Under the pieces are notes generated by a model. It saw nothing but the letters and a program-made list of their open reading frames with translations, was not told where the DNA came from and ran no database searches. Both the position numbers and the translations under genes were made by a program. A stretch of DNA of 49,360 bases from a virus (Duplodnaviria > Caudoviricetes): IMG/VR virus record IMGVR_UViG_3300023257_000002, positions 1-49,360 of that record, one strand, 5' to 3'. The first letter of the stretch is position 1. Every line of letters begins with the position of its first letter. Below are positions 9,542 through 17,680 of the stretch, piece after piece.

Positions 9542-9675
9542 TTTAAATTACTCAAAGTTTCTAATTTAATTGTTCCATCTTTAATTACAGACCTTAAAGT
9601 CCGATTACCACAATTTGAACAAACACCAGATTTATTTCCTTTTCTTAATGTCAATTTACATATTTTACATTTCAT
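9538..9675 (-). CDS. Small zinc-finger protein
   Basis: Manual translation MKCKIC...GVCSNCG; coupled to both neighbours. Confidence 0.55.
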   Translation of the reverse strand: MKCKICKLTLRKGNKSGVCSNCGNRTLRSVIKDGTIKLETLSNLK

Positions 9676-9853
9676 TATCTCCCACCTCATTTTCTAATTG
9701 TCCTGGTGTAATCATCATTGCCCCACATCCTAAATGTTCAGGATACCTTTGATAAAACTTATAAGTTTGACAGTTTTTATAGTCTGCACAGTTTCTCCCA
9801 CTTATCTTTGCGACATTACAGTCCCCTAAGTATTCACATATTGTTGATTTCAT
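9665..9853 (-). CDS. Cys-rich 62-aa protein
   Basis: ORF with SD GGAGGT. Confidence 0.65.
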   Translation of the reverse strand: MKSTICEYLGDCNVAKISGRNCADYKNCQTYKFYQRYPEHLGCGAMMITPGQLENEVGDNEM

Positions 9854-9892
9854 TTTTTACCTCCTTTCGTTTAGGTTTAGAATTGCGTCGTT

Positions 9893-10183
9893 TCATAATA
9901 CCCCTATATCCTCCACCATATTACCCATTGAAAATCCCATTAGTCCCAAAAGAATAGAAACAATTATCCCTGTCCCCCAAGTACACCAGAAAAAATGCCA
10001 ATCTGTTTTCCCTAATATGAAATAACAATCTGTTCTCAATTCATAATTATAATAATCTTGGTTAGTTGAACTAGCCAAATATTCACATTTCTCCAATTGA
10101 TAATCATGATAAAAAGCCCCCCCAACCCCTAAGAGTATACCTATGAGGATTCCTATTGTCATAAATATCCAACATAACTTCAT
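9893..10183 (-). CDS. Two-TM membrane protein
   Basis: Hydrophobic helices at both ends. Confidence 0.65.
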   Translation of the reverse strand: MKLCWIFMTIGILIGILLGVGGAFYHDYQLEKCEYLASSTNQDYYNYELRTDCYFILGKTDWHFFWCTWGTGIIVSILLGLMGFSMGNMVEDIGVL

Positions 10184-10371
10184 TCTTCTTTGCTCCTCTT
10201 TGCGTCTCGTTTAATTATTGCCCCTCTTGAATACCATCCAAATCCTAAACAAAAAACTGCAAACCATCCAGTAATGATATTTTCTCCTGTTCTTGCTTCT
10301 ATAATAGCACCAATCGCCAAACTTACAACAGCAGCGATAAGACATAGTATTGATTTTGTTTCATCCTTCAT
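10180..10371 (-). CDS. Two-TM membrane protein
   Basis: 63 aa, ATGA overlap. Confidence 0.6.
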   Translation of the reverse strand: MKDETKSILCLIAAVVSLAIGAIIEARTGENIITGWFAVFCLGFGWYSRGAIIKRDAKRSKEE

Positions 10372-10522
10372 TCTTCTTTCCTCGTTAAGACAAATTTATT
10401 TTTATTTAGAAGAATATCTGATAGTACCCACAGTAATGTAAATATTGGATAAAAATACCAAGGAAACCTAATTGCAAATAAGATTATAAATCCTGCAATA
10501 AATGACATGATTTGAATTAATC

Positions 10523-10969
10523 TCATTCTTTCACCCCGTCTGCTTTCGCATGATTGGCGTCGTGTTTAATTTGACATTCTGAACATAAACATGTTTTATT
10601 ACAGTGATATAATCCTGATTTATATTGTTCTAATATCTTTCCACATGGTTTAAATTCTTCTACCTCGACATTCAAAGCGTCTTTATATTTTTTAATCTTT
10701 TTAGCGACATCAATTAAATCTGAATCTTTTACAAATACTTCTTTCTCGTCTGGATTCATTGTAGGTTCTTCTCCGAATCTTCCACCCATTGTTTCGTCGA
10801 GTTCTTCCGACATTGGTTCTTTTTGGTCTTTAGGATTAAGTAATGTTTGGGTCTCGTCATAAGAGTCTTCTAAATTCTTCTTACATATTCCTGAAACATC
10901 CATTACAGATAAGGTAGATATTATTGTCTGTTGGTTTTTCAATATTTGATTAATCTTTTCTTCATTCAT
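10523..10969 (-). CDS. Hypothetical protein with C-terminal Cys cluster
   Basis: 148-aa ORF. Confidence 0.65.
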   Translation of the reverse strand: MNEEKINQILKNQQTIISTLSVMDVSGICKKNLEDSYDETQTLLNPKDQKEPMSEELDETMGGRFGEEPTMNPDEKEVFVKDSDLIDVAKKIKKYKDALNVEVEEFKPCGKILEQYKSGLYHCNKTCLCSECQIKHDANHAKADGVKE

Positions 10970-11117
10970 TTTTTTTAAGTTCTCCCTTTAGTTTTTTATC
11001 TTTAAATTCCCATTCCATAAGGTCTCCAGTTTTCACTTCTGCTTCTCTAACAAGTTCCGCAGGGATTGTAGTCCTTGTTTGTTTTTGGTCTTTGATTATT
11101 TTTGTTTGTCTTTTCAT
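10962..11117 (-). CDS. AbrB/MazE/SpoVT-type DNA-binding protein
   Basis: Manual translation ...QTRTTIPAELVREAEVKTGDLMEWEF. Confidence 0.75.
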   Translation of the reverse strand: MKRQTKIIKDQKQTRTTIPAELVREAEVKTGDLMEWEFKDKKLKGELKKNE

Positions 11118-11242
11118 GTTGATTATAATTCGGGATTACTTTAACCCGACAAGGAGACCATCCTAGCGAGTTTGTTTCATCCCTCAATAAACCTGCCCAA
11201 CATGGTTAGTGTCTCTTTGTTTATTGTAATATTATATACCAA

Positions 11243-11296
11243 TCGTCCTACTTAAAGGTTTCGTCCTACTTTTTAGGGACAACACAATCGTCCTAC
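11243..11296 (-). promoter_or_regulatory. Three direct TCGTCCTAC repeats around a TATA box, probable operator
   Basis: Copies at 11243, 11261 and 11288; the minus strand reads GAAACCTTTAAGT between the first two. Confidence 0.7.
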
Positions 11297-11496
11297 AGTA
11301 ATAATATAGTAATACATTACTTGTTATCATTCTAATGCGTATTGGTTTTGGAACACACACTAGGACATATTTGGTCTTTACAATTTGGACACCAATAACA
11401 AAAACATTCTTTGGCAGTCCCCTTACAAATTATTTTTTTAACCATATCTTGTTCGGTTCTACATTTCCCACATATTAGTTTTACCATATTCCTATA

Positions 11497-11769
11497 TCAA
11501 GCCAAGAGTAAATTAAATTCACTAAGTTTAATTTTTTTACTATTGATAAAATCTATTATTTCTCCTTGTTCGCAAATCTTTTTATCTTTAAATTCAACAG
11601 TTACAAAATCTTCACCATCAATTACAATGTAATGATTACCCATATCATCTGAATATTTTTTTATCTTTCTACGCTTCTTTCCAAGTAAATGTTCTGAATT
11701 TAATCCTTCAAAAGTTTTAATTATTCCCATACTAGTTCTTATACGCCCCCCACCTTTTTTAACGACCAT
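11497..11769 (-). CDS. Hypothetical protein
   Basis: 90-aa ORF, start uncertain. Confidence 0.5.
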   Translation of the reverse strand: MVVKKGGGRIRTSMGIIKTFEGLNSEHLLGKKRRKIKKYSDDMGNHYIVIDGEDFVTVEFKDKKICEQGEIIDFINSKKIKLSEFNLLLA

Positions 11770-12063
11770 ACTATGAAGAAGAAAAATAATAATGAGAACC
11801 CAAAAAGGAAGATTACGTTTATTGTTGTTAGTTCCATCGTAATTTAAGGCTTAGACGAATATTTATTTAGTATTGAAGAAATATAAAATAAAATAGCAAA
11901 AACTATCATCCCACATAATCCATAAATTAATATTTGTTTTATTCCCATACTAATCATAAACCGTCTAGGGGGTATTGTTCCCCCAAACATTGTAGCCATT
12001 CCCACAGACTTGCTTCTTTCGTATCAATTACTATTGCATATTCTGTGGAGGATATTAATATTC

Positions 12064-12465
12064 TCATTTCGTCTTAGGTTTGTTTTCGGAAGTGTTTAGT
12101 TTTCTCGATTCTTTACCATGTATTTTTCCATGACATCTTGGACATAGTGTAATCAGATTATCTAGATTATGATTTTTATCTTCTGAGTTCCTACCTTGTC
12201 CGTCTATATGATGAAGAACTAATTTTCTATTAAATAATACTATAGATTGTTCTTGAGACATTCCACATTCTTGACATTCCCAATTATCTCTTTCATGTGC
12301 TATAAACATATTACCACCAAAAACATTCTCATCTCTCCAATCTTCTAATCTTTTCATAATGGATTCTCTATCTCTTAACCATCTCATCTTTGCATAAGAT
12401 TTTACTTTCTCAGGATTATCTTTTCTCCATTCTTTAGTTTTTTGTGCTTTTGTCTGTTTTACCAT
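12064..12465 (-). CDS. HNH endonuclease
   Basis: RDNWECQECG...LHHIDG...NLITLCPRCHGKIH. Confidence 0.9.
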   Translation of the reverse strand: MVKQTKAQKTKEWRKDNPEKVKSYAKMRWLRDRESIMKRLEDWRDENVFGGNMFIAHERDNWECQECGMSQEQSIVLFNRKLVLHHIDGQGRNSEDKNHNLDNLITLCPRCHGKIHGKESRKLNTSENKPKTK

Positions 12466-12476
12466 TTTATTTCACG

Positions 12477-12642
12477 ACGGGATTACTATCATTTAGGTAT
12501 CAGCAAAACGGGGGTACTTGTCAAAGGGTAACCACATAAAGTTGCAATATCCCGACAACCGTCAATCCTACTAACTTAAATTAAGCCTTCGTCAGGCTGT
12601 CTTTCGTTCCCCCCGATTTTACATGCTGATTCTGATTCCCGT
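12477..12642 (-). ncRNA. Candidate structured RNA immediately upstream of the HNH gene (strand assumed from neighbours)
   Basis: Nested stems ACGGGA/TCCCGT, ATCAGCA/TGCTGAT, CGGGGG/CCCCCG, TTGTC/GACAA and AGCCT/AGGCT in a GC-elevated intergenic gap. Confidence 0.5.
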
Positions 12643-12744
12643 TATTAAACGAACACTTATCAATTATAAAAAACAGTCCTCTAAATAATATAAAACAAAT
12701 ACCAATAGCTGAAGCAATAAATAATACTATTTGTAAATAATAAT

Positions 12745-13107
12745 TCATGCTTTTACTCCCCCAGCTATTGTATAGATTGGTTTGTTTTTAGATTTAAGCA
12801 AATTCATTCCAATATCTTTTGTGTTATCAACAAATGTAATCATTAGTCTATCTGGTTGAAAGTCATCTATACATTTATTAAAATCTTCAACCATATCTGT
12901 ATTTTTTATACCTCGTTCCTCAACGGAAGGTATTTGCCCCGATACTACTTTTAATTCGTATCCAGATTTCTTCTCAGATTTATATAAAGTAGTATCAAAT
13001 AATTTTACTTCATCTCCAGATTCTTTTAAACAAGCAGATACTCTCCCTATAGAATGAGGTAAGGTATTATTAAATGGTAGATTTGGATATATTAATAAAG
13101 TTTTCAT
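12745..13107 (-). pseudogene. Truncated B12-binding domain of a cobalamin-dependent radical SAM protein
   Basis: LLIYP...PHSIGRVSACLKESG.EVKLFD...FQPD...IAGG then stop; no CxxxCxxC domain follows. Confidence 0.65.
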
Positions 13108-13361
13108 ATTTTAATCTCCAACAGTTTTTTCCCTGCATTTCTCGAATGGTCTCTTATGTATTCAACCGCCACCATAATTTCTTGTAATTTTTTGAACATC
13201 TTATTAATCCCCCCACTCTCTATCCATTTCTTATCTACTCCTCTTCTACTTAGTTTAGAAGTGAAATTCACAGGTTTGATTATTTCTATTAATTGTTTTA
13301 TGTTTAGGTCTATTCCTGTGAAGGTATCCTTCATAAATTGTTCTTGTGTTGTTTTTTCCAT
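13104..13361 (-). CDS. Hypothetical protein
   Basis: 85-aa ORF in a coupled operon. Confidence 0.6.
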   Translation of the reverse strand: MEKTTQEQFMKDTFTGIDLNIKQLIEIIKPVNFTSKLSRRGVDKKWIESGGINKMFKKLQEIMVAVEYIRDHSRNAGKKLLEIKI

Positions 13362-13362
13362 T

Positions 13363-13554
13363 TTAATCTTTTTTATTTTTCAAATCGTAAAATTTCTTTC
13401 TAAAATTATCTCTTGATTCTCTTGCTCGTTTTATTTCCCTTTTTAGTTTTTCAAATCCATTAAATAATCTTTCATAGTAAGATTTAGGCAATAATACATA
13501 TCCTTCTTTTTTTGCTATTTCTGTAAATTGGTTTAGTAGTTCTTTTTCTTCCAT
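13363..13554 (-). CDS. Small coiled-coil protein
   Basis: 63 aa, TAATG coupling. Confidence 0.6.
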   Translation of the reverse strand: MEEKELLNQFTEIAKKEGYVLLPKSYYERLFNGFEKLKREIKRARESRDNFRKKFYDLKNKKD

Positions 13555-13949
13555 TATAAAATTGACTCCTTTATTTCTTTATTTAAAACTTCAATATCAT
13601 CTGATAAATTATCCTCTCTTATTAGAGTCCATCCTGTTTTGAAATATATTCTTTCAAAATTATCATAAAAATTTCTTGTTTCTTCTAACCATTTTTCACT
13701 TACATTATTTTGGATTTCATAACAAATTACTTCTTTTGTTTTTATATTTTCAAAGTAAACATCACAAATCTTTTTTCCAATAGAATATTCTGTATAAACT
13801 CTAATCCAATATAAATTTCTCCTATACTTCTCCATTATATTTAAAACAATTAAAATTTTTATTATTTCGTGTTTTCTACTTGTATTTCTTCTTGGTCTTA
13901 TTTTAAATTGTTCATTCCAATTTACACTACCCCCTGTATTTAAATTCAT
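13554..13949 (-). CDS. PD-(D/E)XK-like nuclease fold protein
   Basis: TEY...ICDVYF...CYEIQ pattern. Confidence 0.55.
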   Translation of the reverse strand: MNLNTGGSVNWNEQFKIRPRRNTSRKHEIIKILIVLNIMEKYRRNLYWIRVYTEYSIGKKICDVYFENIKTKEVICYEIQNNVSEKWLEETRNFYDNFERIYFKTGWTLIREDNLSDDIEVLNKEIKESIL

Positions 13950-13970
13950 TTTAATAATTCCATAACTCTT

Positions 13971-14486
13971 CTAAAAGTTTATTTTGTTTATTTTTGATTT
14001 ATATTCTTCTCTTATTAATCTTTGAGAGATTATTAATTGTTTAACTCTTTCTTTTGCTTCTTCAAAATTTAATCCCCTACTCATTAACATTTTTAATAAA
14101 TTCTTTTTTTCTTCAAAAGATAAATACGCATTTGATTTTTCTTTTTGTTTTGCGAATGTAGAACCTTTTATTTCTGGTATATATCCTTTTTCTTTTCTGT
14201 ATGCTGGTGGGATATATTCTTTATTTTTTTCTTCTCTAGGATTATATGATTTGCCCAAATTTTCTCTTTTCTTTTTATAAGCCTTTTTTGGGTAACCTCT
14301 TTCTTTATCTATTTTATTATCTAAATCCATTAGTTCTCTTTTTACCCCAGTAATTTCTATTGTTTCTTCTCGGTGGTTTTTTCTTATTTCCCTTCTGCAT
14401 TTTTTACAATAATATTTTCCATTTATTCTTCCAAGAAACTTTTTAGGAGTTGGTTCTTTACAATTATCACATTCTCTATCTTTCAT
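13971..14486 (-). CDS. Basic zinc-finger protein
   Basis: CDNC...CKKC. Confidence 0.65.
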   Translation of the reverse strand: MKDRECDNCKEPTPKKFLGRINGKYYCKKCRREIRKNHREETIEITGVKRELMDLDNKIDKERGYPKKAYKKKRENLGKSYNPREEKNKEYIPPAYRKEKGYIPEIKGSTFAKQKEKSNAYLSFEEKKNLLKMLMSRGLNFEEAKERVKQLIISQRLIREEYKSKINKINF

Positions 14487-14538
14487 ATTTTTCTTAATAC
14501 TTAATACTACTTAAATGTTTATATTAATTTTTAAGTAG

Positions 14539-14811
14539 TTAAAACAAGCCTCTCATTTGATAAATTTTATTTGCATCTTCTTCTAAATCTAAATCTGTAT
14601 TTAATATTTTAAACTCATGGTTTTCTTCTTTTATTAAATTTCTGTCTATCATTTCTTTTATAACTAAATATCTTAAATTTTTTGGGACTAAGAAATGTTT
14701 CCCAATAATACAAAAGAATTCTTTCCTAGTAATTAATTTATCTCTTCCAGAATTTTTATCTAATCTATTGTGTAAACTTAAATAAAGTAATCCAATTTTT
14801 AAGGAAGCCAT
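14539..14811 (-). CDS. Hypothetical protein, possibly winged helix
   Basis: 90-aa ORF, VIKEMIDRNLIK. Confidence 0.6.
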   Translation of the reverse strand: MASLKIGLLYLSLHNRLDKNSGRDKLITRKEFFCIIGKHFLVPKNLRYLVIKEMIDRNLIKEENHEFKILNTDLDLEEDANKIYQMRGLF

Positions 14812-15059
14812 TGTATCACTTCTTTATTTAGACATTCATTTGCTAGTTTTATTGCATTTGAATATTCTGAAAGACATGCTAATAAAATTAAAATTATTCC
14901 TATTAAAATAAAAAATTTAATCCAACTTCCCCCAATTAACATGTTTTTCCAATTCAATTTATTATCTATTTTTATTGGATGTATTGTTCCCCAACCTAAA
15001 AAAGTCTTTCTTAGATAAACTGTTTCTCCTTCTACTTCTATTTTATTATATTTTTTCAT
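14799..15059 (-). CDS. Single-TM protein
   Basis: Likely start MKKYNK directly after the upstream stop. Confidence 0.6.
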   Translation of the reverse strand: MKKYNKIEVEGETVYLRKTFLGWGTIHPIKIDNKLNWKNMLIGGSWIKFFILIGIILILLACLSEYSNAIKLANECLNKEVIQWLP

Positions 15060-15060
15060 C

Positions 15061-15246
15061 TTATTCTCTTGTTGCAAAGAAAGCTGCAGCGGCTAATGTT
15101 CCTAACATCATTACTATTAATTGCCAGAAAGGCATTACTTCCCAACCATTATTTCTCGCCCACATATAACCCATTACTTCTGCGATTAATCCCCCTGCAC
15201 CTAATATCCAAAATGCAGGTGATTCTAATATTTCATCAAACCCCAT
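15061..15246 (-). CDS. Two-TM membrane protein
   Basis: 61 aa, SD GGAGGT. Confidence 0.65.
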   Translation of the reverse strand: MGFDEILESPAFWILGAGGLIAEVMGYMWARNNGWEVMPFWQLIVMMLGTLAAAAFFATRE

Positions 15247-15583
15247 GTTTATTTACCTCCTTTTCTTTTATATCTTTGAATAATTCATCCATTGTTACTT
15301 CTTCTGCTTTTTCTAAGTTTTTTAATTGAATGTATTGTTGTTTGAATCCTAAGTATTGAACTCCTGTTGTTAAGATTGCACCAGATAAAATAATTCCTAC
15401 CCACCATAATTTATCCCAACCATATATTGAAATAAATAGACCGCAAAATAATCCTATTAAAGTTATTCTTGTTCCCATTAATTGAGTTCTTAATTTTTGG
15501 ATGGCTGTTATGCCCTCGATTCCCTTACCCCATCTTTTGAAGAATTCTTTTGTTGTTAGTTTGTTTCCTTGTTTATCTCTCAT
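15236..15583 (-). CDS. Two-TM membrane protein
   Basis: 115-aa ORF. Confidence 0.7.
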   Translation of the reverse strand: MRDKQGNKLTTKEFFKRWGKGIEGITAIQKLRTQLMGTRITLIGLFCGLFISIYGWDKLWWVGIILSGAILTTGVQYLGFKQQYIQLKNLEKAEEVTMDELFKDIKEKEVNKHGV

Positions 15584-15905
15584 AGTTTCTTAAAAGGGTT
15601 TTTAGTTATCGAGGAGCAGAGTGGACATTGCATGAATTCTAAATTTGTATCAATATTATTTTCATCTACTTCAAAAGTCTGTTTGCACTTATCACATCTT
15701 ACTTGCATACTTATAATGTATGATAATTAGTATTTAAACATTCGTTATCATTCTTTAGGGACTAACTCAATGTTTTTTTATTTTAAATAAACTCTGAATA
15801 ATAAATTATCTAGAAGAAAAGCAATTATCATTCCAATGACTACTCCAAGAGATAACCAGTCCCATTTTTCTATTTTATCTTTCTTTTTCTCTTCCATTAT
15901 TATAA

Positions 15906-15926
15906 TGGCGGTTTATAGTTCCGCCA
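15906..15926 (-). terminator. Hairpin downstream of the pentamer arrays
   Basis: TGGCGG-N9-CCGCCA. Confidence 0.35.
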
Positions 15927-16011
15927 AACTTTTAGGTCATTTAAGCTACCTTGCCACGTTACTACTCAAACGAATCCACCACCATTTTTTAAGAAAATGG
16001 AAACTCTTTCT

Positions 16012-16066
16012 TTACTTTACTAAACACCACAACACACCATAGAACCGCACCCCACACTACCCCACT
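16012..16066 (-). ncRNA. Pentamer (NGT-NN) array unit 4, candidate guide RNA
   Basis: agtGG ggtAG tgtGG ggtGC ggtTC tatGG tgtGT tgtGG tgtTT agtAA agtAA (11 units). Confidence 0.8.
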
Positions 16067-16113
16067 CTTAAGTATGAATCCCTTTTTTAGAGAAGGGTAA
16101 CTCTTTCTTTTCT

Positions 16114-16208
16114 TTACAAGACGGTACAGCAAGGTACTAAACACTACCCCACAACACACCACTTTACCACACATTTCATTTGACAACAGCACAATTCCAT
16201 ACAGGACA
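16114..16208 (-). ncRNA. Pentamer (NGT-NN) array unit 3, candidate guide RNA
   Basis: 19 in-register pentamers, 15 with the NGT triplet, ending tgtAA agaAA. Confidence 0.8.
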
Positions 16209-16266
16209 ATTAAGTATGAGTATTAATTTCTATAGATTAAATAATTCTTTTTATTTAACCTTTTCT

Positions 16267-16331
16267 TTACTTTACAAGACCGAACAAAACAGTACAACAC
16301 ACAACCGCACCGTACAACACTTTACTTTACT
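16267..16331 (-). ncRNA. Pentamer (NGT-NN) array unit 2, candidate guide RNA
   Basis: 13 of 13 pentamers are NGT-NN: agtAA agtAA agtGT tgtAC ggtGC ggtTG tgtGT tgtAC tgtTT tgtTC ggtCT tgtAA agtAA. Confidence 0.85.
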
Positions 16332-16382
16332 AATGAATATGAACCTCCCTAAAAAATTAAAGGAAGGAATTAAATTTAATCT

Positions 16383-16427
16383 TTACTTTACTTGACTGTA
16401 CCGTACGTCACGCAACCAAACCAAACT
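16383..16427 (-). ncRNA. Pentamer (NGT-NN) array unit 1, overlapping the 3' end of the upstream CDS
   Basis: 9 of 9: agtTT ggtTT ggtTG cgtGA cgtAC ggtAC agtCA agtAA agtAA. Confidence 0.8.
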
Positions 16428-16865
16428 CCTAAATAGTTTCATATTGACAGTTAAATTTTCTAGCGTTGTAATCATTTGGTCTAATATTTGTTTTCTGTAA
16501 TCAATATTAACAATAGCATCTTCCCTACTTACATAGACAGATTCTTCTTGTGCTATTACTGATAAAAAAGACCTTTGCTCTATTGGAGTTCCATCAACAA
16601 TTATTTCTTCTACTATGTGATTGGTAATATTTCTTGCTTGTTGTAGTCTATACTCTTCTCCGCAAACAGTATTGTCCCATTCAAAATGTTCGTGTAGTGG
16701 ATTCTTTTTATTCTTAGCTTCTTTGACAATCTCTTCACTTTTTAAACTTCCTCCGTTTTCTTTACGAAGACCATCTAAAGTTTCTCCGATTATCTGTGCT
16801 TCTTCTTTTTTAAAAGGAGACCCATTTCTTGCTTTGAATATTTTATGCGAGTTTGTACATCCCAT
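16383..16865 (-). CDS. Viral protein partnering the RAMP-like gene (PLH..FEWD...YRLQQAR family)
   Basis: AQIIGETL...EEIVKEAK...PLHEHFEWD...YRLQQAR; first in-frame ATG near the upstream stop is 16865, start uncertain. Confidence 0.7.
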   Translation of the reverse strand: MGCTNSHKIFKARNGSPFKKEEAQIIGETLDGLRKENGGSLKSEEIVKEAKNKKNPLHEHFEWDNTVCGEEYRLQQARNITNHIVEEIIVDGTPIEQRSFLSVIAQEESVYVSREDAIVNIDYRKQILDQMITTLENLTVNMKLFRSLVWLRDVRYSQVK

Positions 16866-17451
16866 AGCTTCCTCCACTTTTACATCTAGGCGACCAAATA
16901 CCAATACCATAGTAAAATCCTGCGTAGTTAATTAGACTTGCTATATCTTCTGTTGAGATATTGTTCTTGTCGAATTGAATTTGTAATACACAAGTCCAAT
17001 CGTGAAACTGTGGGCTATATTTTGTATTGCTTTGAATACTATGAGATAGTACATCTTGTTTCTTAAATTCAATAGGCACTAATCCCTCGACCGCATTTAC
17101 AATTTGAATACCCCTTAATAATTTCTTTGAGAACATTTTATCTCCGATAAAAGATGTAGATTCAATTAGTCCTGCTTTAAATCCTATTGATGGATAACCT
17201 ACTTTTCCTTCGGCTGTTTTATGAACTGCCGAAAGTGTTTCTTTATCAATGTTTCTTACTTGTTTTGAAATCTTGTTTTTCCCAGTTTGTTTATCTTCAA
17301 TCTGTTTCTTAACTTCGTCTGGAAATTTATCCATTAACAAAGGGCTTGTTCCAAGAATCTTAAATTGAACTGTTTCTAAATTAATTTGATTAACTCTTAT
17401 ACCAATTTCTTTTACTTCTGGTTTCTTTACTTTACTTATTTCTTCTTTCAT
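16843..17451 (-). CDS. RAMP/Cas7-like RNA-binding protein (candidate Vipr-like effector)
   Basis: FKILGTSPLLM first strand, GYPSIGFKAGL (Cas7/Csm3 iPgsslKG-like), PQFHDW strand, C-terminal G-rich loop AGFYYGIGIWSP...GGSYGMY; strong SD. Confidence 0.7.
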   Translation of the reverse strand: MKEEISKVKKPEVKEIGIRVNQINLETVQFKILGTSPLLMDKFPDEVKKQIEDKQTGKNKISKQVRNIDKETLSAVHKTAEGKVGYPSIGFKAGLIESTSFIGDKMFSKKLLRGIQIVNAVEGLVPIEFKKQDVLSHSIQSNTKYSPQFHDWTCVLQIQFDKNNISTEDIASLINYAGFYYGIGIWSPRCKSGGSYGMYKLA

Positions 17452-17496
17452 TGTGGTGAACCTCCTTTCAAAAGTATTAATATAATTTTCATATTA

Positions 17497-17637
17497 TTAA
17501 TTTTCTACCTTCTTTATCTTCTTACATTTATCAATATCTACTTCGTCTTCATATTCCCAATCTAAATCTTCTCTGTCTTTTGGTTTTAGTTTTATGACAT
17601 CTGTGTTTCCGTATTTACCTACTTTTCTTTTTCTCAT
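17497..17637 (-). CDS. AbrB/MazE-like small DNA-binding protein
   Basis: Manual translation MRKRKVGKYGNTDVIKLKPKDREDLDWEYEDEVDI. Confidence 0.6.
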   Translation of the reverse strand: MRKRKVGKYGNTDVIKLKPKDREDLDWEYEDEVDIDKCKKIKKVEN

Positions 17638-17680
17638 TTTATTTTGAATAAACTATATACCCTCCACTTCTTTGAAAATT

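Noticed and set aside
11346-11356. Contiguous match TTTTGGAACAC to concatenated array 1 dinucleotides
   Set aside because: 11-nt match in AT-rich DNA, found after trying several decodings; not significant
12585-12610. Hammerhead ribozyme (CTGACGA and GAAA on the minus strand)
   Set aside because: Only 6 nt separate the motifs, too few for stems I and III
16012-16427. CRISPR array, microsatellite, or the short ORFs 15989-16192, 15836-16042 and 16180-16395
   Set aside because: No 25-45-nt repeats with spacers; the units vary at fixed positions, unlike a microsatellite; the ORFs are low-complexity by-products of the 5-nt period
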